This document shows, in pieces, positions 26,290 to 35,402 of a stretch of 39,472 nucleotides of DNA. The position numbers and the translations under genes were made by a program. Positions within the stretch are counted from its first letter, which is position 1; each line of letters opens with the position of its first letter. The notes beneath the pieces are model-generated. The model was not told where the DNA came from, did no database searches, and was given only the letters and a program-made list of their open reading frames with translations. The DNA is from Massilia sp. (GTDB taxonomy: Bacteria; Pseudomonadota; Gammaproteobacteria; Burkholderiales; Burkholderiaceae_D). The stretch covers positions 3,085 through 42,556 of the forward strand of contig DAMABW010000002.1 in NCBI GenBank assembly GCA_031999925.1, in the 5' to 3' direction.

Positions 26290-26386
26290 TGGTGGGTTCG
26301 AGAACCCACCCTACCCAGAATGCTGCGTGTCGCGCCATTCCACGCCGCACCGCCCAGGAACGTAGGGTGGGTTCTCGAACCCACCA
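26290..26386. repeat. Inverted REP doublet (family B)
   Basis: GTAGGGTGGGTTCTCGAACCCACCA as reverse complement at 26290-26314 and forward at 26362-26386; 47-bp spacer; between convergent genes. Confidence 0.88.
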
Positions 26387-26407
26387 TCACGCCGCCCACC
26401 AAACGTT

Positions 26408-26914
26408 TCAAACCGCCGCCACATCCCTCCTGCGCATCGCCGCCACCCCGTCCCGCACCGCCCAGATCGCCGACAGCACCGACATCCCCGTCAGCACCCA
26501 GCTGGCCCACCCGTAATCCACGCGCACCAGATCCGCCGGCGATGCATGCCACCACAGCAGCGCATGCGCCACCAGCGTGATGGTGATCCCCAGGTTCACG
26601 AACAGCAGCAAATGCAGCACGCGCTCGGAGACCGGCAGCACCCGCGTATCGCCCTCGACGATGACGTCGCGCGCCGAGACGAACACTTCGCACAGCAGCA
26701 GTCCGCCGATCCACCACACCAGCACCCCGTGCCACTCGAACCAGGCGAGCGAAGCGAACAGGCAGGCAAAGATGGTCTCGCGCGCCGCGTGCAGGCCTTC
26801 CTCGGCGGAGGAATCGGCGCGCGCAGGCAGCTTCCCGAGCAGCTCGTGGTTGACGATGATGTCGGCGAAGCCGAGCAGGCCGTGCAGCATCAGCACATAG
26901 ACGAAGGGCGGCAC
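26408..26914 (-). CDS. Hypothetical multi-TM membrane protein
   Basis: GLLGFADIIVNHEL...LHAARE...DVIVEGDTRVLPVSERVLH; resembles the membrane domain found N-terminal to some TIGR01777 epimerases (recollection); GTG start inferred. Confidence 0.65.
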   Translation of the reverse strand: MPPFVYVLMLHGLLGFADIIVNHELLGKLPARADSSAEEGLHAARETIFACLFASLAWFEWHGVLVWWIGGLLLCEVFVSARDVIVEGDTRVLPVSERVLHLLLFVNLGITITLVAHALLWWHASPADLVRVDYGWASWVLTGMSVLSAIWAVRDGVAAMRRRDVAAV

Positions 26915-27109
26915 GTTTTTCCCGGGTGTTCTAGACTTGCAGGCGGTCAGGAGCGTTCGCGACGCAGGACGATGGCGCATGCTGCATGCACGCCGGCCAT
27001 CGACTTCTGCGGCAGGCGCTTTTCGTGGCCCGGCTCCAGGCCCTGTCCCATCGATGTCGTCCAATCTGCCATCGTCTTTGTCCTCGCCGAATCGAATGAA
27101 AGGAAATGC

Positions 27110-28396
27110 ATGCGGATCTTGCTGACGGGCGCCAGCGGCTTCATCGGACAGCACTTGCTGCCGGCGCTGCTGCGCGAGGGCCACGACGTGCTCTGCGCCG
27201 TGCGTACCGCCAAACACAGCGACGATCCGCGCCTGCGCTACGTCCAGGCCGACTTCGTTCACGATACCGAGAAATCCGTGTGGGCGGCGCGCCTCATTGG
27301 CGTCGACGCCGTCATCAACCTGGTCGGCATCTTTCGCGAGTCCGGCAGCCAGACCTTCGAACGCCTGCACCTGGACACGCCGCGTGCGCTGTTCGCCGCC
27401 TGCGCAGCGTCGCCGCAGGTGCGAATGGTTGTCCAGCTCTCGGCACTCGGCGCCGACAGCGACGCCGACACCCCTTATCACCTGAGCAAGAAGGCGGCCG
27501 ACGATGTCCTGGCGGCGCTGCCCCTGCGGGCTTACATCGTCCAGCCCTCGCTGGTGTATGGCAAAGGCGGCGCCAGCGCGCGCGTTTTCAAGACGATGGC
27601 CAGCCTGCCGTTCGCCCTGCGCTTTGGCGGCGCGCCGCAGCTCGTACAGCCGGTGCACATCGACGATGTCGTCGAGGCCATCCTCGGCCTGCTGCGCGGG
27701 CGCCTGCCGCTCGCGCCCGGCGAAAGCGCGCGGCGCGTACCCCTGGTCGGGCCGCAGGCGCTACCCTTCATCGATTACCTGGCGGCGCTGCGCCGGGCGC
27801 TGGGCATGGGCCGCCTGCGCGTGCTGCCGCTGCCCGGCATGCTGGCGCGCGCCATGGCCAGATGCGGGCGCTGGCTGCCCGGCGGCCTGCTCGACGCAGA
27901 CGCGCTGCGCATGCTCGACCGCGGCAATGCCGGCGACCCGGGGCCGATCACTCAGCTGCTCGGGCGCGCACCGACACCGATAGGCGCATTCGTCACCGAC
28001 CCGCAGGCTGAGCGCACCCTGGCCAAGCTGGGCTGGCTGCTGCCGACCCTACGCTGGAGCATCGTCGCGGTGTGGCTAGCCACGGCCATCGTCTCCTTCG
28101 GCCTGTATCCGGTCGAAGCCAGCTACGAACTGCTGGCGCGCACCGGCATTCCGCCATTCTTGCAGCCGCTGATGCTGTACGGCGCGGCCGGCTTCGATTT
28201 GCTGCTCGGCCTGGGCATCGCCTTCCTGCCGCGCCGGCGCCCGCTATGGCTGGCACAATTGGCCCTGATCGGCTTCTACACGATCGTGATAGCGTGGAGG
28301 CTGCCCGAATTCCTGCTGCACCCCTACGGGCCCCTGACCAAGAACCTGCCCATGCTGGCGGCCATCTGGCTGCTGTACGAACTCGAGGAAACATAG
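27110..28396 (+). CDS. Atypical SDR/NAD-dependent epimerase fused to a C-terminal DoxX-like membrane domain
   Basis: MRILLTGASGFIG, VINLVGI, YHLSK, PSLVYG, QPVHIDD; C-terminal four TMs with HPYGPLTKNLP. Confidence 0.85.
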   Translation: MRILLTGASGFIGQHLLPALLREGHDVLCAVRTAKHSDDPRLRYVQADFVHDTEKSVWAARLIGVDAVINLVGIFRESGSQTFERLHLDTPRALFAACAASPQVRMVVQLSALGADSDADTPYHLSKKAADDVLAALPLRAYIVQPSLVYGKGGASARVFKTMASLPFALRFGGAPQLVQPVHIDDVVEAILGLLRGRLPLAPGESARRVPLVGPQALPFIDYLAALRRALGMGRLRVLPLPGMLARAMARCGRWLPGGLLDADALRMLDRGNAGDPGPITQLLGRAPTPIGAFVTDPQAERTLAKLGWLLPTLRWSIVAVWLATAIVSFGLYPVEASYELLARTGIPPFLQPLMLYGAAGFDLLLGLGIAFLPRRRPLWLAQLALIGFYTIVIAWRLPEFLLHPYGPLTKNLPMLAAIWLLYELEET

Positions 28397-28861
28397 ATGG
28401 ATTACGTTGTCGTGAAGTGGCTGCACATCCTGTCGTCGACCTTCCTGTTCGGCACCGGCATCGGTTCGGCCTGGTACATGCTGTTTGCGAACATCAGCCG
28501 CGACGTGCGCGCGATCGCCGTGGTGGCGCGCAACGTGGTCATCGCCGACTGGGTCTTCACCGCCACCACCGCCGTCATCCAGCCGGCCACCGGCTTCTAC
28601 ATGATCCACCTGGCCGGCTACCCGCTGGACAGCACCTGGATCACATGGTCGATCGGCCTCTACATCCTGGCCGGCGCCTGCTGGCTGCCGGTGGTCTGGA
28701 TCCAGATGCGGCTGCGCGACCTGTCCGCCGAAGCGGTGCGCAACAACACCGAACTGCCGCCGCAGTACTGGCGCTACTTCAAGACCTGGGTGGCGCTGGG
28801 CGTGCCGGCGTTTGCGGCGTTTGTCGTGATCTTCTGGCTGATGGTGGCCAAGCCGATGTAG
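28397..28861 (+). CDS. DUF2269 family membrane protein
   Basis: KWLHILSSTFLFGTGIG, VVIADWVFT, QPATG, CWLPVVWIQ, WLMVAKP. Confidence 0.85.
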   Translation: MDYVVVKWLHILSSTFLFGTGIGSAWYMLFANISRDVRAIAVVARNVVIADWVFTATTAVIQPATGFYMIHLAGYPLDSTWITWSIGLYILAGACWLPVVWIQMRLRDLSAEAVRNNTELPPQYWRYFKTWVALGVPAFAAFVVIFWLMVAKPM

Positions 28862-28928
28862 CGAACGAACCAGGCGGACGGGCCGCAGTAGAATGGCCCG
28901 CCTTGACCACTAACCGATGGAGGAACCG

Positions 28929-29948
28929 ATGCGGGCTTACCAGATACTTCCTGGCAGTAACATCGACGGACTGCAGTGCGTGGACTATCCCGAGCGCGAA
29001 CTGGCGCCGCTCGAGGTGCGGATGCGGGTGCATGCGGTATCGCTGAATTACCGCGACCTGATGGTGGCCAGCGGGAACTACCTGGTGAACGTGGACGACC
29101 CGATCATCCCCTGTTCGGACGGCGCCGGCGAAGTGCTGGCCGTGGGCAGCGGCGTGACGCGCCTGCAGGTAGGCGACCGCGTGGCCGGCTCCTTCTTCCC
29201 GCACTGGCACGACGGGCGCAGTACGCCAGAAAAGATCCGCCACGCCCTGGGCGGCGACGTCGACGGCATGCTGGCCGAGGAAGTCATCCTGCACGAGGAC
29301 GCGCTGGTGAAGATTCCGCCGCAGCTGAACTTCGTGGAAGCGTCGACCATGCCCTGCGCCGGCGTCACCGCCTGGAATGCGATCTTCGTGTCGAGCAACG
29401 CCATCCAGCCGGGCGACACCGTGCTGCTACTGGGGACCGGCGGCGTGTCGGTGCTGGGCCTGCAATTGGCGAAAGCGGCCGGGCTGCGCACCATCATCAC
29501 CTCGTCGAGCGACGAAAAGCTGCAGCGCGCGCGCGAACTCGGCGCCCATCACACGATCAACTACCGCAGCACGCCGGAATGGCAGGAGGAAGTCCTGCGC
29601 CTGACGCACGGACGCGGCGCCGACGTGGTGCTGGAAGTGGGCGGCCAGGGCACGGTGAACCGCTCGGTGGCGTCGGCTTCGATGGGCGGCAGCGTGGCCA
29701 TCATCGGCGGCGTCAGCGGCTTTGGCGGCGAAGTGAATCCGGCAACCTTGCTGGCCACCGCCAAGCGCATGGTCGGGATTTTTGTCGGCAGCAGCAAGAT
29801 GCTGGAAGATGTGATGCGCTTTGCCGCCACCACCGACATCAAGCCGGTGGTCGACCGCGTGTTCACCTTCGACCAGGCGAAGGAAGCCTACCGCTACATG
29901 GAATCGGGCTCGCACTTCGGCAAGGTGGTGATCGCCGTCACGGCCTGA
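28929..29948 (+). CDS. NAD(P)-dependent MDR-family (zinc-type ADH-like) oxidoreductase
   Basis: AVSLNYRD, PCSDGAGEV, PCAGVTAWNA, LGTGGVS, HFGKVVI; GGAGGA RBS. Confidence 0.9.
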   Translation: MRAYQILPGSNIDGLQCVDYPERELAPLEVRMRVHAVSLNYRDLMVASGNYLVNVDDPIIPCSDGAGEVLAVGSGVTRLQVGDRVAGSFFPHWHDGRSTPEKIRHALGGDVDGMLAEEVILHEDALVKIPPQLNFVEASTMPCAGVTAWNAIFVSSNAIQPGDTVLLLGTGGVSVLGLQLAKAAGLRTIITSSSDEKLQRARELGAHHTINYRSTPEWQEEVLRLTHGRGADVVLEVGGQGTVNRSVASASMGGSVAIIGGVSGFGGEVNPATLLATAKRMVGIFVGSSKMLEDVMRFAATTDIKPVVDRVFTFDQAKEAYRYMESGSHFGKVVIAVTA

Positions 29949-29972
29949 CGGCCACCGAGGTTTATCGAAGTC

Positions 29973-30752
29973 TCATCGTCCTTCGAAGCGTACCAGTTCA
30001 ATCTCGAACAGCTTCGGCCAGAACTTGCCGGTGACGTAGAGCCGGCGATGCTTGCCATCCCAGGCGATGCCGTTCAACACGGCATCGACCGAGGCGGTGC
30101 CGCGCTGCGCGGGCGGCAACAAGTTGCGCAGGTCGACCCAACCCACCACCTTGCCCGAGGCCGGGTCGATGCGGGCAATCACATCCGTTCCCCAGACGTT
30201 GGCATACAGTTCGCCGTCGACGATCTCCAGTTCGTTCAGGGAATCGATCGGCTTGCCCTCGGCCGTCACCTGTACGCGCCGCAACTCCTTCAGGTTTTTC
30301 GGGTCCAGCACGCGGATATTCGCGCTGCCGTCGCTCATGTAGACATACTTGGCGTCGCTGGCCAGGCCCCAGCCTTCGCCCTCGTACTGGAAGCGGCCCT
30401 TGACGGCAAAGGTCTTGGCGTCGAAGACATAGCCGATTTTCGATTGCCAGGTCAGGCCGAAGATGTTGTCGCCGAAGGCCGTCGAGCCTTCGCCGAACAC
30501 CTCGGCCGGCAGATCCGTCTTTTGCAGCACCTTGCCGGTCTTCAGTTCGACCTTGCGCAGCGTCGAGCGCCCGTTCAGGCCGGTGCTTTCGTACAAATGG
30601 CCGTCGCGGAAGAACAGGCCCTGGGTAAAGGCTTGCGGATCGTGCGGGTAGGTGTTCTTGACGACAAAGCCGTAGACGGGAATCGCGGCTTGCGCGGCGT
30701 GGCTGGCGAGCGCGGTGACGAGGACGGCGGCGAGGGCGGAAGTTTTCAGCAT
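29973..30752 (-). CDS. Exported glutaminyl-peptide cyclotransferase (beta-propeller type)
   Basis: YPHDPQAFTQGL, LYESTG, FGEG, LTW, EGWGL, SDGS, LNELE, ANVW, VLNGIA, TGKFWP; signal peptide AQA|. Confidence 0.93.
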   Translation of the reverse strand: MLKTSALAAVLVTALASHAAQAAIPVYGFVVKNTYPHDPQAFTQGLFFRDGHLYESTGLNGRSTLRKVELKTGKVLQKTDLPAEVFGEGSTAFGDNIFGLTWQSKIGYVFDAKTFAVKGRFQYEGEGWGLASDAKYVYMSDGSANIRVLDPKNLKELRRVQVTAEGKPIDSLNELEIVDGELYANVWGTDVIARIDPASGKVVGWVDLRNLLPPAQRGTASVDAVLNGIAWDGKHRRLYVTGKFWPKLFEIELVRFEGR

Positions 30753-30854
30753 GGTCGGCTGGATGAGGCTGGTCGGGAAAGCCACTCTAGCATGAAGGCA
30801 GTCGCCACGTTGCCGGCACTGAAGCGTGGCGACAAAGCACGGTTGCAATGCTCA

Positions 30855-30903
30855 GTGACGAAGCTCGTGACGAAACTCGTGACGAAGCTTGATGACGAAG
30901 CCC
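30855..30903. repeat. 12-bp tandem repeat (three copies plus one degenerate)
   Basis: GTGACGAAGCTC GTGACGAAACTC GTGACGAAGCTT G ATGACGAAGCCC. Confidence 0.8.
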
Positions 30904-30905
30904 GG

Positions 30906-31400
30906 TTACAAATAAGCCAGCAGGCGTCCGCAGGTAATCACGCCAAGCCAGAGCAGGATCGACAGCAGGGCGTGCACGCGCGCGGCGGGCGGCGCCGGCG
31001 TGTCGCGTTCCCAGCGCGCCACGCCGCGGTAAGGGAAAACGTGGAAGGCCAGGGCATTCAGCCCGGCCGCGGCGATTAGCACCAGCTTCAGCTGAAAGGC
31101 CGGGTTACGCGCCAGCTCGCCAGGATGCGCGGAAACCAGCAGCAGGCCGGCCGGGACGATCAGCAGCAGGGCGGCCACGCCCCAGCGCAACAGGTGCCGC
31201 GCCAGCATCGCCACCGGGAGACCGCGCGCAAAGCCGAGCACGCGCAGGTCGAACAGCACCACGCTGCCGACCAGCACGGCAAACCCGAAGATATGGACGA
31301 TCTCGACCAACGGATACAGCCAGGGATCGCTCCGCATCGCCTGCGATATCGGCGTGTCCGCCAGCCAGGCCAGCCAAGAGCTCGCGCCCCCGGACGCCAC
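30906..31400 (-). CDS. DUF6644-like four-TM membrane protein
   Basis: WLYPLVEIVHIFGFAVLVGSVVLFDLRVLG, NPAFQLKL, SILLWLGVITCGRLLAY; TAGTG overlap with the upstream gene. Confidence 0.8.
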   Translation of the reverse strand: MASGGASSWLAWLADTPISQAMRSDPWLYPLVEIVHIFGFAVLVGSVVLFDLRVLGFARGLPVAMLARHLLRWGVAALLLIVPAGLLLVSAHPGELARNPAFQLKLVLIAAAGLNALAFHVFPYRGVARWERDTPAPPAARVHALLSILLWLGVITCGRLLAYL

Positions 31401-31744
31401 TAACGCAGCTCCGTCGTCTTGCCCTCGATGGTGATGCGTTCGGCGCGCAGTTCGTCGCCCTTGCTGCGGTGCGGATAACCGTGGACGCTGGCTTTCTGGC
31501 CGGCCACCAGTTTATCGCGCGGCAGGCCGCGGCTTTCCATGCGCGAAGGCGGCGCCAGCACGACCAGCCAGGTTTTATCGGCCGTTTTCAGGCGCACGAA
31601 GCCGTGCGGCTGCTCGTAGCCGGCCTGTTCGATGGTGCCGGTCAGGTCGAGCGGCTTGTCGGACTGGTATTCGCTCCAGCCGTGGTGGGCAAAGGCGCTG
31701 GCGGTGACGGCCAGCGCGGCAAGCAGGAACAGACGCTTTTTCAT
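31400..31744 (-). CDS. DUF6152-like exported protein
   Basis: Signal AFA|HHGWSEY, LTGTI...EQPH, W.VVLAPPSRMESRGL, ELRAERITIEGK; GGAGGA RBS. Confidence 0.8.
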   Translation of the reverse strand: MKKRLFLLAALAVTASAFAHHGWSEYQSDKPLDLTGTIEQAGYEQPHGFVRLKTADKTWLVVLAPPSRMESRGLPRDKLVAGQKASVHGYPHRSKGDELRAERITIEGKTTELR

Positions 31745-31823
31745 GACGATCCTCCGGAACACGACAGGACGGGATGGCACGCGGATTGTACGTCCGTTAT
31801 CCGGCGCGCAGGTGGGGCGTCGT

Positions 31824-32426
31824 CTATCGTGCGCGCGCTGTTGCGGACCTGTCGCTGTGCGCATTCAAGCGCCCGATCACGGCCAGGCGACCATCGCGCA
31901 GCTCGGTCAGCAGCATTTCCCCCTGTTCCAGGTATTCCCCGGTGAGGGCGCGGATGTTCACGTCGTGCGTGACCAGCACCAGCGGCCCCATGCCGCGCCG
32001 CGCTTCCAGGCGGTTGCGCAGGTCTTGCAGCCTGGCGGCACCCGTCGCTTCGTCGAGTCGGAACATCGAGTCGAGCGTGGGTTCGGGTTTCGCCCCGTCG
32101 AAGGCGAGGCGCGCCGTTTCCAGGCAGCGGCACCAGCGGCTCGACCAGACGGCGCCGGGAACGATGTTGTGGTGGCGGAAGGCGGCGCCGATGGCGCGGG
32201 CGTCGTCGCGGCCCGCAGCGGACAGGTTGCGCTGGGTGGCGCATTTGCCGAGTTCGAAGCCGGGCGGGTCGCCGATGCCGGGCGTGGTGGCCGCGTGGCG
32301 CATCAGCACGATGACGCCGCCGGCACGCAGGCGCTGCCAAAGCGCCTCGTCCGCCGTGGCGGCAGTCTGGGCAGCACAGGCGAGCGGGAGAAGGGTGAGC
32401 AGGCACAGGAACATGCGTCGGAACAT
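31824..32426 (-). CDS. Exported histidine phosphatase superfamily protein
   Basis: VLMRHA, QRNLSAAG, SSRWCRCLETA, LVTHD; N-terminal signal peptide. Confidence 0.85.
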   Translation of the reverse strand: MFRRMFLCLLTLLPLACAAQTAATADEALWQRLRAGGVIVLMRHAATTPGIGDPPGFELGKCATQRNLSAAGRDDARAIGAAFRHHNIVPGAVWSSRWCRCLETARLAFDGAKPEPTLDSMFRLDEATGAARLQDLRNRLEARRGMGPLVLVTHDVNIRALTGEYLEQGEMLLTELRDGRLAVIGRLNAHSDRSATARAR

Positions 32427-32573
32427 GGGATTCTCCCGGTGGTGGGTCCGCCCATTATGACAATGAAGCCAACTGACCAGCGCACGTTCTGTGTTACCGT
32501 TAATCAAGCTTTTTTACGCAATTTCCTCGCACAGCGGCAATTGGCAAAATTGCCCGGATTAACAATTCATATT

Positions 32574-32608
32574 GTTTATACGATTTATTTTAAATAAATC
32601 GTATAAAC
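32574..32608. repeat. Perfect 35-bp AT-rich palindrome
   Basis: GTTTATACGATTTATTT-T-AAATAAATCGTATAAAC: 17-bp arms around one central base. Confidence 0.9.
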
Positions 32609-32696
32609 CGTATGATCGTAAAATCAGGCTGTTTTCAACGGCCCGGAAAGCTCATCCATAAAATCCGGTGCGACGCCCGGAAAGCCGGGCTTGATC

Positions 32697-33716
32697 TCAC
32701 TCCCCAAAGCCTTCCAGCACCACCTTGCCATTCGCCGCGCCGCTCTCGATAAAGGCGTGTGCGCGGCGCAAGTTGGCGGCGTTGATGGCGCCGAAGTGCT
32801 CGGCCAGCGTGGTGCGGATGCGGCCGGCATCGACCAAGTCCGCCACGGCGTTCAGCAGATCGTGCTGGGCCTGGATGTCGGCGGTCTCGAACAGCGAGCG
32901 CGTGAACATCAATTCCCAGTGCAGCGAAATGCTCTTGCGCTTGAGCAGACGGATATCGATCGGCTCCGGATCGTCGATCAGCGCCAGCTTGCCCTGCGGT
33001 TTGATGGCATTCACCAGGGCGGCGAAGTGCTTGTCGGTGTGGGTCAGGCTGATGGCGTAGTCGACTTCGCCCAGCTCCGCGTCCAGCAGGGCTTTGTCCA
33101 GCGGCTGGCTGTGGTCGATCACGTGCTGGGCGCCGAGGTCGCGCACCCAGGCCTGGGTTTGCGGACGCGAGGCGGTGGCGATCACGGTGATGCCGGTCAG
33201 CTGGCGCGCCAGCTGGATCAGGATCGAACCGACGCCGCCGGCCGCGCCCACCACCAGCAGCTTCTCGCCGGCATGGCCGCCTTGCTTCAGTCCCAGGCGG
33301 TCGAACAGCAGCTCCCAGGCCGTGATGGCGGTCAGCGGCAGGGCGGCGGCTTCGGCAAAGCCGAGCGACGCTGGCATGCGGCCGACGATACGCTCGTCCA
33401 CCAGATGCAGTTCGCTGTTGCTGCCCGCGCGGTTGATGGCCCCGGCATACCAGACGCGGTCACCCGGCTGGAACAGGGTGACGTTCGGGCCGACGGCGCG
33501 CACGATGCCGCTGGCATCCCAGCCCAGCACGCGTGGTTCGGACTGGCCCTCGGCCGGCAGGCCGCGGCGCACCTTGGTGTCGACCGGATTCACGGAAACG
33601 GCATGCACTTCGACCAGCACATCGTGGCCGCTGGCGACCGGGTCGGCCAGGTGCAGGTCTTGCAAAGCGCTCGGATGGTCGGCGGGCAGGGCGGCAAAGG
33701 CGGCAATCGCTTTCAT
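32697..33716 (-). CDS. Zinc-binding alcohol dehydrogenase family / quinone oxidoreductase-like protein
   Basis: AVSVNPVDTKVR, LGWDASG, AAALPLTAITAWELLFDRL, GAAGGVGS, SLHWELMFTR; start ATG 33716. Confidence 0.9.
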   Translation of the reverse strand: MKAIAAFAALPADHPSALQDLHLADPVASGHDVLVEVHAVSVNPVDTKVRRGLPAEGQSEPRVLGWDASGIVRAVGPNVTLFQPGDRVWYAGAINRAGSNSELHLVDERIVGRMPASLGFAEAAALPLTAITAWELLFDRLGLKQGGHAGEKLLVVGAAGGVGSILIQLARQLTGITVIATASRPQTQAWVRDLGAQHVIDHSQPLDKALLDAELGEVDYAISLTHTDKHFAALVNAIKPQGKLALIDDPEPIDIRLLKRKSISLHWELMFTRSLFETADIQAQHDLLNAVADLVDAGRIRTTLAEHFGAINAANLRRAHAFIESGAANGKVVLEGFGE

Positions 33717-33813
33717 GGATGTTCCTCGTTGGTTTGAATATGGCCAGTGTAGCCACAAAAGATTGTATTGATTAGTCGCTATAATCCGGAAAGACTATCC
33801 AAGGGAATGGACA

Positions 33814-34701
33814 ATGAAGCTCGATGCCATGGCACTGTTCGTGCAGGTTGCCCATGCGGGCAGCTTCACGGCTGCGGCAGCCGCCACCGGGCTGCCGAAA
33901 TCCACGGTCAGCCAGCGCGTGGCGGAACTCGAGGCGGCGCTGGCCGTGCGCCTGCTGCACCGGACCACGCGCCGCCTCAGCCTCACCGCCGCCGGCCAGG
34001 TGTATCTCACCCACTGCGAAACCATGCTCGACGCGGCCCATGCCGCCGACGCCGCCATCTCGCGCCTGCGCGACGAACCAGCCGGCAACCTGCGCCTGAC
34101 CGCGCCGGAGGCCTCGGGCATCCTGCTGCTGCCGCCGCTGCTGGCCGCCTTCCATGCGAGCTATCCGGCGGTGACAGTCGACTGCGTGATCACCGATGCC
34201 CACCTCGACCTGGTAGCCGAACGCATCGACCTGGCGCTGCGCACCGGGCAGTTGGGCGATTCCAGCTTCGTGTCGCGCCGCGTAGGCACGGTGCGGCGCG
34301 TGCTGGTGGCCTCGCCCGGCTATCTCGAGCAACACGGTACGCCGGCGCAGCCATCCGACCTGGCGCGCCACCAGCTGCTGCTGCACGATGTGCTGCCCCA
34401 GTGGCCGCTGCGCAGCGACGGCAAGATCGTGCAGGTGCCGGCCACCGGGGCGCTGCTCCGTGCGAACAACCTGAACACCTTGCGCGGCCTGGCGGTGGCC
34501 GGCGCCGGCATCGCGCTGCTGCCCTGGTTCATGGTACGCGACGCCCTGGAAGCGGGCAGCTTGCAGCTGGTGCTGCCCGAGCATCCGCCCACCGACAACA
34601 GCTATTACGCCGTCTACCCGGGCCGCAGCCACCGTCCCGCGGCCCTGTCTGCCTTGCTGGAATTTATCGATCAGTTCGACCTGGCAAGTTACTTGTCCTG
34701 A
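33814..34701 (+). CDS. LysR-family transcriptional regulator (CrgA/DmlR-like)
   Basis: GSFTAAA...PKSTVSQRVAELEAALAVRLLHRTTR, DLVAERIDLALR; divergent from the oxidoreductase. Confidence 0.93.
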   Translation: MKLDAMALFVQVAHAGSFTAAAAATGLPKSTVSQRVAELEAALAVRLLHRTTRRLSLTAAGQVYLTHCETMLDAAHAADAAISRLRDEPAGNLRLTAPEASGILLLPPLLAAFHASYPAVTVDCVITDAHLDLVAERIDLALRTGQLGDSSFVSRRVGTVRRVLVASPGYLEQHGTPAQPSDLARHQLLLHDVLPQWPLRSDGKIVQVPATGALLRANNLNTLRGLAVAGAGIALLPWFMVRDALEAGSLQLVLPEHPPTDNSYYAVYPGRSHRPAALSALLEFIDQFDLASYLS

Positions 34702-34877
34702 TCTGTACTGACAGGCGCGAAGGATGCCGGCGGGCCCGGCTAACGTGCGCCAATTACACAAAAGATAATACTAAGATGACCACATCGGGTTGCATCACGC
34801 ATCCCATGGCTGCCTGTCGCCCGGAGCCTGTTCCGGCGCGGCCGCGGCTTTTTGCCATCATCCAGAAAGGATTCACC

Positions 34878-35402
34878 ATGCCAGCTCCCGAGCGCCACCC
34901 GCTCACCCTGCGCATCAACGGCCGCGATCACCAGCTGGAACTGGAAGCCTGGGTCACGCTGCTCGACGTGCTGCGCGAGCGCCTCCAACTCACCGGTACC
35001 AAGAAGGGCTGCGACCATGGCCAGTGCGGCGCCTGCACCGTGCTGGTCGACGGCCGCCGCATCAATTCCTGCATGACGCTGGCCGTGATGCAGAACGGCC
35101 GCGAGATCACCACCATCGAAGGCCTGGCCGAAGACGGCAAGCTGCATCCGGTGCAGCAGGCCTTTGTCGACAACGACGCCTTCCAGTGCGGCTACTGCAC
35201 GCCGGGGCAGATCTGTTCGGCCATCGGGCTGATAAAGGAAGGGCAGGCCAAGACCGCCGCCGACGTGCGCGAACTCATGAGCGGCAACGTCTGCCGCTGC
35301 GGCGCCTATCCGCAGATCCGCATGGCGGTCTGCAAGGCCGCCGGCATCGACGACCCGGACAACGCGGTGCACCCAGTCGTGCCGGGGACGGTGCCGGCAT
35401 GA
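34878..35402 (+). CDS. Xanthine/aldehyde oxidoreductase 2Fe-2S subunit (PaoA/YagT-like)
   Basis: GTKKGCDHGQCGACTV, SC, FQCGYCTPGQ, GNVCRCGAY; start ATG 34878. Confidence 0.92.
   Translation: MPAPERHPLTLRINGRDHQLELEAWVTLLDVLRERLQLTGTKKGCDHGQCGACTVLVDGRRINSCMTLAVMQNGREITTIEGLAEDGKLHPVQQAFVDNDAFQCGYCTPGQICSAIGLIKEGQAKTAADVRELMSGNVCRCGAYPQIRMAVCKAAGIDDPDNAVHPVVPGTVPA

Noticed and set aside
32574..32608. Resemblance of the palindrome to loxP arms (TCGTATA), phage N15 telRL (TTATACG/CGTATAA) or dif
   Set aside because: Arm orientation and spacing match none of these sites, and no recombinase or protelomerase gene is present
32675..32690. GCCCGG-AAAG-CCGGGC hairpin as a terminator
   Set aside because: No U-tract on the minus (gene) strand, so it is not supported as an intrinsic terminator
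32612..32752. 46-codon plus-strand ORF just after the palindrome
   Set aside because: No RBS, no recognisable motif, and it overlaps the 3' end of the oxidoreductase on the opposite strand
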